Of a DNA stretch of 34,205 nt, positions 8,395-15,370 are shown piece by piece. Origin of the DNA: a virus (taxonomy: Duplodnaviria > Caudoviricetes); IMG/VR virus record IMGVR_UViG_3300017774_001406, positions 1 through 34,205 of that record; one strand, 5' to 3'. How positions within the stretch are numbered: the first letter of the stretch is position 1; every line of letters starts with the position of its first letter. A program made the position numbers and the translations under genes. Below the pieces are notes generated by a model. That model saw only the letters and a program-made list of their open reading frames with translations, was not told where the DNA came from and searched no databases.

Positions 8395-8939
8395 TAAAAC
8401 TCCCGTAATAAAGTATAAGTAAATCTAGATAATCCTGAAGCTTCACATGCTTCAATAAGTCGTTTAAAGTCTGCCGGATTATTCATTACCTGGCATCCAG
8501 CTGACCATTTATCAATAAATTTACTAGTCCATTTTGGGTTTGCACGATGTATGTTTATTCCAAAAATGCCTGTATCTGTTTTTGCAGTTTCTTCTGCAAT
8601 TGCATCTTTATCAGTATCACGAAACACTGTAATTGGCTTACATTGCACTAATGCTTTATATTCGCCACGATGCAGTCCTAGTTTCCACGAATCAGTCCAT
8701 TGGCCTGGCTTAAGTAGTGCAGTACCGTTCGGATTCATTAGAGTCTTTAACCAATGTGTCCCTGGATTAGTTGTACCTGTACACCATGATACATTGTTTC
8801 CGGATACTACTCCAATGAGATCGTCGAATTCATTTGGAATGTTAGCTTGTGATCTAATTCCCACAATATGAAAATTGGGAAATTTATATCCTAGTTCAGT
8901 AAATTTAGTTTTTAGTTCTGTAACAGAATAATGTTTCAT
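8394..8939 (-). CDS. Putative endolysin with an L,D-transpeptidase (YkuD)-like catalytic motif
   Basis: GINIH-x14-SAGCQ matches the YkuD H-x(14-17)-[S/T]xGC motif; no signal peptide; next to the holin and spanin candidates. Confidence 0.7.
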   Translation of the reverse strand: MKHYSVTELKTKFTELGYKFPNFHIVGIRSQANIPNEFDDLIGVVSGNNVSWCTGTTNPGTHWLKTLMNPNGTALLKPGQWTDSWKLGLHRGEYKALVQCKPITVFRDTDKDAIAEETAKTDTGIFGINIHRANPKWTSKFIDKWSAGCQVMNNPADFKRLIEACEASGLSRFTYTLLREF

Positions 8940-9670
8940 TAGGTTCCTTGAGTTGATATATTAGTTTCGTTAGTTTTTAAATGATGTATAAGTTCTTTTA
9001 TTAATTTGTATATTTCTGCAGACTTACCTAACATACCAGTGATTGCAAATACAATTAATACGCCAGATGTTATTGAAGGGAAAAAATATACAGCTAAAGT
9101 TAATAAAGCTATAGTAGCTACTAATGTACCAGCAATGCCGGCAACTTTTTGTTGAAATTCAGAACCGCCCAATTTTTTTGTTATCCATTCGAAAGCTGCT
9201 TCCATAGCTTTAGCTGGAAATCCGGATACTTTTTTTATCTTACCGGCGATAGATTCGATCTTAGATTTTAATTTACCTTCATCAATTTTTTTACCGGTTA
9301 CTTTTTCAATACCGATAGCTAATTCATGTATAAATGCAGAATTACCAAGCACATCGCCTACAACATGTATTGCCCCTAAAACTCCTCCACCCTCAGTTAA
9401 AGTATATCCACGTGATTCGCGAATTTCAGTTTTAATAGCTTCTACATCTTCTACATCAACTTGAGATACATCTCCGTTAGCATCAACTAATGCATTTAAC
9501 ATGGCAGCTTGAACTTCTTCATCCGAAATATCCTCTCCATCTGATTTAAGTTCTGTTGATAAATCTTGCAGTTGGCTTTGTATTGCTGATGCATCTCCAT
9601 CTGCAGATTCTAATATTAAATTAGATAATTTAGATAAAATAATTGCATTTGCTATCGGAGTTAGTTTCAT
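8939..9670 (-). CDS. Hypothetical protein with an acidic N-terminal region and a C-terminal hydrophobic hairpin
   Basis: 243 aa; ILE, IRE and LTE motifs; VAGIAGTLVATIALLTLAVYFFPSITSGVLIVFAITGMLG forms two predicted TM segments. Confidence 0.7.
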   Translation of the reverse strand: MKLTPIANAIILSKLSNLILESADGDASAIQSQLQDLSTELKSDGEDISDEEVQAAMLNALVDANGDVSQVDVEDVEAIKTEIRESRGYTLTEGGGVLGAIHVVGDVLGNSAFIHELAIGIEKVTGKKIDEGKLKSKIESIAGKIKKVSGFPAKAMEAAFEWITKKLGGSEFQQKVAGIAGTLVATIALLTLAVYFFPSITSGVLIVFAITGMLGKSAEIYKLIKELIHHLKTNETNISTQGT

Positions 9671-9671
9671 A

Positions 9672-9962
9672 TTACAGATTTCCTTTTAGTTTACTTTGAG
9701 CTTTAGCTAATTGTTGCTTAGCATCCTCTTTAATAAGTTTACGCACTTCGTTGATTTTAGCTTCTATATTTTTATCCAATTGTTGTATAGACTCTTGCAA
9801 CTCCGTTTTCAACATTTCTTTATTTTTAATTAACATTTTAAGTTGAGCTTCAATTTTATCTTTTTTATCAGAAGGAGCTCCGGCATATTCTTTAGCCAAT
9901 TGGCTTGTAACTGAAACTGCATCTTCAAGATCTTTAGATATTTTTAATATTGGCCTTGCCAT
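9672..9962 (-). CDS. Hypothetical coiled-coil protein
   Basis: 96-aa K/E/Q-rich ORF, 1-nt gaps to both neighbours. Confidence 0.7.
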   Translation of the reverse strand: MARPILKISKDLEDAVSVTSQLAKEYAGAPSDKKDKIEAQLKMLIKNKEMLKTELQESIQQLDKNIEAKINEVRKLIKEDAKQQLAKAQSKLKGNL

Positions 9963-9963
9963 G

Positions 9964-10569
9964 TCATCCTTTTAAATTATTAAGTATTGTTTCTCTTGTA
10001 CGTTGATAATCCGAATCAAACTTTTCAAAGAAAGCTTTTTGATCCCAATTTTCCAATGTGCCGTCAGCATCTTGTACAAATTGTAGTTTTAATGCTTCAC
10101 GTAAAGCATCAACTTCCCGATCCGCATCCTTGAGCCAAGCCTCTGCATTTGCTAACATACGTGTCCTAGAATACTCTTCCCAAGCGTCTGTACCTTTTGC
10201 ACGTATCATTGTTTCTTCTTTTATAACACATGAGAAACATTTTTTATGAACAAAATACATTTTAAAATTTAAATGTTTTTCTTCATCACGCATTTGTTTA
10301 TCGCAACATGGGCATTTATCTGGAACAGACATTATATCACGTATCTTTTGTAGAATACTATTATCTACTATACGTGTACGATATCCGTTCTTTTGCTCTA
10401 CTTTCCAGGCCGTGCCTGTTTTAGGATCTATTTCAGTCCATATATCACCAACACCACGTTTAGTTTCATCTTTTGATTTAACAAATCCTACTGTCTTACG
10501 TGTTTGGCTTTTATGTGCTCCTGTTAATAATTCTTTAACAGCTTTGATATTTTGTAACTTATTGCTCAT
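9964..10569 (-). CDS. Hypothetical protein with a probable zinc finger
   Basis: CPCC...CFSC cysteine pairs. Start moved from the track's 10611 to the ATG at 10569 (MSNKLQN), 1 nt after the upstream stop, as at other junctions here. Confidence 0.75.
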   Translation of the reverse strand: MSNKLQNIKAVKELLTGAHKSQTRKTVGFVKSKDETKRGVGDIWTEIDPKTGTAWKVEQKNGYRTRIVDNSILQKIRDIMSVPDKCPCCDKQMRDEEKHLNFKMYFVHKKCFSCVIKEETMIRAKGTDAWEEYSRTRMLANAEAWLKDADREVDALREALKLQFVQDADGTLENWDQKAFFEKFDSDYQRTRETILNNLKG

Positions 10570-10570
10570 A

Positions 10571-10939
10571 TTATTTACGTTTTTTCTTCGTAGACTTTTC
10601 TTCTTTAACAATGCCTTCTTCTTGTGTCGGTACTTCGCCAGCTGACATAGTTAACATACGTTGTACACGTGGCTTGATGGCATTAAAATCTCTAGCAGAG
10701 ATTCCGAATTGTCCAATCAATGCTACTAACAAATCGATTTTTTGCTGACGTGGTAAACGAGATAATTTTTCTGTATCAATCATATCTAAAGCTCGATCTA
10801 ACACAGCTTTACCGGTACCTAAACGTGCACGAACATTGCCGCCCACTTTTTGTAAGAATGACGGGTCATTAGTCCCTAACTCGAGTATCGAACGACGTAT
10901 TTCTTCACGTACCAATTCGCGCAATTCATTAGATTTCAT
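10571..10939 (-). CDS. Hypothetical protein with a head-targeting-like N-terminal leader and a basic tail
   Basis: Starts MKSNELRELVREEIRRSILE; AAGGA SD-like site and two ATATTTAT motifs upstream. Confidence 0.75.
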   Translation of the reverse strand: MKSNELRELVREEIRRSILELGTNDPSFLQKVGGNVRARLGTGKAVLDRALDMIDTEKLSRLPRQQKIDLLVALIGQFGISARDFNAIKPRVQRMLTMSAGEVPTQEEGIVKEEKSTKKKRK

Positions 10940-10956
10940 TAAAGTTTCCTTTTTTA

Positions 10957-10975
10957 ATAAATATCTAATAAATAT
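10957..10975 (-). promoter_or_regulatory. Tandem ATATTTAT motifs, putative late promoter
   Basis: Copies at 10957-10964 and 10968-10975, 11 nt apart, upstream of 10571..10939. Confidence 0.6.
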
Positions 10976-10982
10976 ACTTATC

Positions 10983-12656
10983 TTATCGGAATTGGGATTC
11001 TAGACCTTTAACAATGAATCGACCTGTAATTTTAAATGGCTTAGTATAAATTTTATTATCACGTATTACAATACCTTCGTGTTCACTTACTTTACCTAAA
11101 GGGGAACTCAATGATTCTAATACGGCATTACCTAATTCCATTGTAGCCAAATAAAACACATAACCGTTAATAGCAGCTTCAATATCTTTAGGGTCTTTTA
11201 CTAATTCAGCTACATCTGTACCATTTGTTATTGCCAATAATATTTGCTTAGATAATGCACCTACTGCTTTTCCGTCTGCCAATTTAATTGTAGTTTCTTT
11301 TTCGTTACGTGCATTAGATAACCATTGACTTAAAGTTTTAGTTTGTTTTTTACCGCTAACCGTAACAGTATATTTTTTATTTAATACAGATTGGAAGTCC
11401 GGATCAGAATCTAAAGTTGTCGGGACGGAACCTAAAACTTCATAGCCATATTCCGTTGCAGTTGGGGCTAAATTGTTCAATAAATCCTGAAGTGCCTTCT
11501 TATTATAAGTAATCTCTTTTGTAGATCTGCGGGTCGGAGTTACTTGTTCAATTTCTAATAGTCCGTGTATAGCTAAAAAGTTCTTTTCATATGATAACAC
11601 ATTAGTAGATCCAGCTACATACTCGATATTAAACATTACGTTTGGATTGTCCCATAATCCTAATGTTTTGAGTTGTTTAGAGATATCAGGTAATGCATCA
11701 TTAAAAATATCTAATACCTGACCCCCGATCTGTATCATACCATGGCCAACACCAAATCGGTCTAACAAATCTGCTTTTGTAATACCTTTTACATCTAATG
11801 GCTTATTAGATCCACGATCCATTACAAATTGTTTTTTAGTACCTACAGTAATTAATCGTATAGAAGCATTTACTCCATCTATCTTAACAGATGCCGGCCC
11901 TTTCTTTAAATAATCTGCAGATTGTACAAATACCTTTAAAAGATCTTTCCCGGTAGTAACTGAAGGTATATCAAATGGATGTGCCATATGTCCGCCAGCG
12001 CCGCCTTCAGTAATTAATGACTCTGTAATATTTTCTGATAAACGATTTTTAACTAAATTATAAACAGAATTATTAAACCATCCCATAATTTTTTTAAATG
12101 AGTCAGGTGTACTGGTTTTAAGCGCTTGACGTAATGCCGTACCTGACATTTCTCCGAATCCAGGAATATTGAGAGATACATGCGGAGCTACAATTAGATA
12201 ACCATGTTTATCATATCCTTGCATATTGTCTTTATATCGACTATAGTCTTGAAAATACGTATCATTTCCTGACTTAAGTTTACCGATACGGAATCTAGGA
12301 TCTTCTTCCATATCTTTTTGACCTACCATAAATACTACTGCAGTAGTAGCTGGATTATATGCACTTAGAATCTCTTCGGCTTTGTAAGGATTTTTAACTT
12401 GTACAACATTACGTATACCGTTCTGCTTGATAATAGCAGACTTTTCTTTAAATGAAAATGGAGACCGGCCTGGTTCTACTTTATCACTAGTTGCTACATA
12501 TGTATTTGTAGCTCCGAATTGACCTTGCAACCATTTAAATGCCTTGGCATGATGTTGACCGAATGGTTGAAATCTGCCAGGGTAAATTGCTACTATGTCC
12601 GTAATGTTAGTATCTTCTGTAAGTATTTGTTTGGCTAGCCAGTTACCTAAATTCAT
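10983..12656 (-). CDS. Fusion of a HIGH-superfamily (cytidylyltransferase/NMNAT-like) nucleotidyltransferase and an ATP-dependent ligase-like domain (resembling DUF6267)
   Basis: N-domain IYPGRFQPFGQHH and MSGTALR; C-domain SVKIDG (motif I), FNIEY, EGIVIR (motif IV) and FKITG (motif V). Confidence 0.75.
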   Translation of the reverse strand: MNLGNWLAKQILTEDTNITDIVAIYPGRFQPFGQHHAKAFKWLQGQFGATNTYVATSDKVEPGRSPFSFKEKSAIIKQNGIRNVVQVKNPYKAEEILSAYNPATTAVVFMVGQKDMEEDPRFRIGKLKSGNDTYFQDYSRYKDNMQGYDKHGYLIVAPHVSLNIPGFGEMSGTALRQALKTSTPDSFKKIMGWFNNSVYNLVKNRLSENITESLITEGGAGGHMAHPFDIPSVTTGKDLLKVFVQSADYLKKGPASVKIDGVNASIRLITVGTKKQFVMDRGSNKPLDVKGITKADLLDRFGVGHGMIQIGGQVLDIFNDALPDISKQLKTLGLWDNPNVMFNIEYVAGSTNVLSYEKNFLAIHGLLEIEQVTPTRRSTKEITYNKKALQDLLNNLAPTATEYGYEVLGSVPTTLDSDPDFQSVLNKKYTVTVSGKKQTKTLSQWLSNARNEKETTIKLADGKAVGALSKQILLAITNGTDVAELVKDPKDIEAAINGYVFYLATMELGNAVLESLSSPLGKVSEHEGIVIRDNKIYTKPFKITGRFIVKGLESQFR

Positions 12657-12673
12657 TTGTTACCTTATTTGTT

Positions 12674-12681
12674 ATAAATAT
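12674..12681 (-). promoter_or_regulatory. ATATTTAT motif, putative late promoter
   Basis: In the 26-nt gap upstream of the nucleotidyltransferase-ligase gene. Confidence 0.55.
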
Positions 12682-12682
12682 G

Positions 12683-12883
12683 TTATGCTGGAGGATAGTC
12701 CGGTGGGGTTGTTAATGGACGGTAAAACACTTGTTCTACAGATTCGTACCAATCGCCTATACCTGCTAACTCGTTTGGATCTTGCATTAATACATCATGT
12801 GGTAATGGGTATGTATATGGAGTTACACCGTCCCATTCAATAGCATTGATAACATAATTATCTTTTATTACTAACCATCTCAT
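12683..12883 (-). CDS. Small tail fibre-associated/chaperone-like protein
   Basis: 66 aa, V.NAI.W...GIGDWY...F.RP pattern, directly after the glycine-rich fibre genes; AAGGA upstream. Confidence 0.55.
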   Translation of the reverse strand: MRWLVIKDNYVINAIEWDGVTPYTYPLPHDVLMQDPNELAGIGDWYESVEQVFYRPLTTPPDYPPA

Positions 12884-12894
12884 TGTTTTATCCT

Positions 12895-14058
12895 TTAATA
12901 AAATTCTAATATTGCTAAATATCCAGGTCCGCCATCACCCCCGGATCCAGCCGGCTGATCCCAGGCACCACCTCCTCCGCCGCCACCGGAGCCAAAACTT
13001 ATACCATCACCGCCGTTGCCTCCAGTAACTGTTTCTGCGATATCGTTACTACCGCCACCATTTCCAGCTGTACCAAATCCGTATGATGAGGTTATAACAG
13101 CACTACCAGAAAATGAAAATAATGATGCCATTGATACAATGTTAGGTACGCCATCGCTTCCGTTACCTCCGGCTCCTGGTCCTACACCTGCTAATCCACC
13201 TCCACCCGATGTAAACACTGTACCATTTTCTAGTTCAATACCCGATCCGGATCCGCCTGCTCTAGTTATGTTACCAGTCTGTGTTATGCCGCCGCCTGCT
13301 CCTCCGCCACCACAAAGACGTAATTGACGTGCATGATATACATCTACAATACCAGCTGGCAGACTGATAGTATTTATTACTGACGGTAGGCCGGTAGTAC
13401 CCCCTGAAATAGCACGTGCTCCTGCATACCCTTGTATTCTAAACGGACCATATGGTAAAACACCGGCTGGTACTGTCGGGTTACCGCCGTTAGCGCCAGT
13501 ACCAGCAGCTGACCCGCCGGATCCTCCAGTTACACTAGTAGTCTGAATCAATGTAACAGATCCACTAACTAATGAAGTAGTCCCGCCGCTAGATCCAGCA
13601 GTACCATTACTACCATTCGCAGCGGCTCCTCCACCACCTGTTCCTCCGCTACCAACTGTTACAGTATATTGTCCTGTGGGTATACGATCGCTAGTATAAA
13701 ATATAATAGACGTCTGTCCTCCGGCGCCGCCGCCGCCACCACTTACATTATTTATGCCAGCGTTTCTAGCGCCACCGCCGCCGCCGGCGCCGCCACCGAC
13801 TGCAGCTATTTTAATATATTTTGCATTGCTAGGTTTAATCCACGTTGCTGTAACAGTACTACCAGCCGAACCTGTCCATTCATAAAATTTAACATATGAT
13901 CCTGAATCATTTAATTTAAAAATAGTACCTGAATTGTTCTTAAAATATAAATCCGGAACGCTACCACTAGTAAATATAGATCCCGTCCCAGGTGTTGTAC
14001 TACCCGGGGATACTGACCCGGTTTTATACAATTGAATGATATCTAAAATTTGATTCAT
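12895..14058 (-). CDS. Glycine-rich putative receptor-binding/adhesin protein, paralogue 2
   Basis: 387 aa; many oligo-Gly runs; TW.KP..AKYIKIAAVGGGAGGGGG; ends G.GGPGYLAILEFY. Confidence 0.75.
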   Translation of the reverse strand: MNQILDIIQLYKTGSVSPGSTTPGTGSIFTSGSVPDLYFKNNSGTIFKLNDSGSYVKFYEWTGSAGSTVTATWIKPSNAKYIKIAAVGGGAGGGGGARNAGINNVSGGGGGAGGQTSIIFYTSDRIPTGQYTVTVGSGGTGGGGAAANGSNGTAGSSGGTTSLVSGSVTLIQTTSVTGGSGGSAAGTGANGGNPTVPAGVLPYGPFRIQGYAGARAISGGTTGLPSVINTISLPAGIVDVYHARQLRLCGGGGAGGGITQTGNITRAGGSGSGIELENGTVFTSGGGGLAGVGPGAGGNGSDGVPNIVSMASLFSFSGSAVITSSYGFGTAGNGGGSNDIAETVTGGNGGDGISFGSGGGGGGGAWDQPAGSGGDGGPGYLAILEFY

Positions 14059-14068
14059 AACTTTATCG

Positions 14069-14076
14069 ATAAATAT
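14069..14076 (-). promoter_or_regulatory. ATATTTAT motif, putative late promoter
   Basis: In the 23-nt gap between the two glycine-rich genes. Confidence 0.5.
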
Positions 14077-14081
14077 TTACA

Positions 14082-15209
14082 TTAATAAAACTCCGTCACG
14101 ATAACTAATCCAGAACTACCTGAGCCGCCTATACCTGATGCAGTAGCTGCATTAGTATTTCCGGAGCTACATCCTCCGCCGCCGCCGCCGGCACTATACA
14201 ATCCACCGATACTACCAGCACCACCATTACCTAATAAGCTAGCGCCTCCACCATGACCGCCGCCGCCCAATCCGTATAGTGTAGTACTACCGGTAAATTG
14301 CAGTAGTGTCGTTATTAAATTGTCAGACGGATCGGTAGCATTACCTCCAACGGCTCCGGCTGCAGACGCGGATACCCCAGGGTTACCAGAGTTTAATATT
14401 AGCGTATCAAATTGCCGGCCGCTAGATCCGCTCCCTGCTATAGTACCGTTAAGAAATGACCCTGCACGACCACCACCATTACCGCCGCCGCCGCCGCCGT
14501 TTCCGTAAAATAATAACGTAGTAGATGTTTGACCTAAATTGAAAATTTCAGCTGTAGCTGTAAGCGTATTGCTCGGAGTCGTTGCTTGAAGTTGACCAGG
14601 ACATCCGTATATAGCATACGGAGCTCCTGCTGGAGTACAATTAATAGCACGACCTCCTTGTGTTTGTATTGAGGAGGCGACGGTACCACCGTTACCGCCA
14701 CGACCGCCTTCAGCTATCACTAATGTACCAAAGGAAGAAGAATTGCCAGCAGTGCCAGCATTACCTATACCAGTGACAGTTTGTCCTAAAGCTCCAGCGC
14801 CCCCGGCTCCTACAGTTATAGTAACACTGCTAGGTAACATGTTAGCATCTAATGTTGCCCATACTATAGCTCCGCCGCCGCCGCCATTGCCTCCTTGTGA
14901 AATATTAGACACAGAAGCTTTACGACCACTACCTCCACCTCCGCCCGCGCCGACAGCACATATTTGAACGTATTTTACATCCCCTATTTTATTCCATGTA
15001 TATATCTGTGTTGCTCCATTGCCACGCGCGGATCCGGTATAGTATAAAATGTTTATAGATCCGGAAGGTTGACCAACTGGTTGCAACTCGTTAGCATTGC
15101 GATAATATATTTCACTAGCGCTAGCAAATAAAGTACCGAAATTATTATTAACGGGCGCTGCAGGAGTTGATCCTGTATTTTGCATTAATATATCATCTAG
15201 AAATTTCAT
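14082..15209 (-). CDS. Glycine-rich putative receptor-binding/adhesin protein, paralogue 1
   Basis: 375 aa; TWNK...VKYVQICAVGAGGGGGSG; ends G.GSSGLVIVTEFY; same architecture as 12895..14058. Confidence 0.75.
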   Translation of the reverse strand: MKFLDDILMQNTGSTPAAPVNNNFGTLFASASEIYYRNANELQPVGQPSGSINILYYTGSARGNGATQIYTWNKIGDVKYVQICAVGAGGGGGSGRKASVSNISQGGNGGGGGAIVWATLDANMLPSSVTITVGAGGAGALGQTVTGIGNAGTAGNSSSFGTLVIAEGGRGGNGGTVASSIQTQGGRAINCTPAGAPYAIYGCPGQLQATTPSNTLTATAEIFNLGQTSTTLLFYGNGGGGGGNGGGRAGSFLNGTIAGSGSSGRQFDTLILNSGNPGVSASAAGAVGGNATDPSDNLITTLLQFTGSTTLYGLGGGGHGGGASLLGNGGAGSIGGLYSAGGGGGGCSSGNTNAATASGIGGSGSSGLVIVTEFY

Positions 15210-15370
15210 TACTGATGTAACCTTATATAATTACCATCTGTTTTATGTGCGTATAAAGCGTCATTATGTACAAATAAACGTACATATCCGGACGGTACTG
15301 CCGTTGTTAGAAATGACCCGGATGGTAATGATCCGGTAGTCTGTAATTCTATGTTACTAAATATTTTCAT
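15209..15370 (-). CDS. Small protein, 53 aa (absent from the ORF track), resembling the N-terminal module of the two glycine-rich proteins
   Basis: MKIFSNIELQTTGSLPSGSFLTTAVPSGYVRLFVHNDALYAHKTDGNYIRLHQ fills the gap exactly, with TAATG overlaps at both ends. Confidence 0.8.
   Translation of the reverse strand: MKIFSNIELQTTGSLPSGSFLTTAVPSGYVRLFVHNDALYAHKTDGNYIRLHQ

Noticed and set aside
10570-10611. Track start MLKKKSLRRK for 9964..10611
   Set aside because: Non-ATG start overlapping the upstream gene; the ATG at 10569 fits the local stop-1 nt-ATG pattern.
10983-12656. Calling the fusion a known NAD+ reconstitution pathway enzyme or a replicative DNA ligase
   Set aside because: No partner phosphoribosyltransferase or ADPR-PP synthetase gene is in the window, the HIGH motif is altered, and the protein ends just after ligase motif V with no OB domain.
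13016-14967. Proline-rich plus-strand ORFs and CCG/GCC runs that could suggest repeats or a foreign island
   Set aside because: They are the reverse complement of Gly codons in the glycine-rich genes, which also explains the GC rise.
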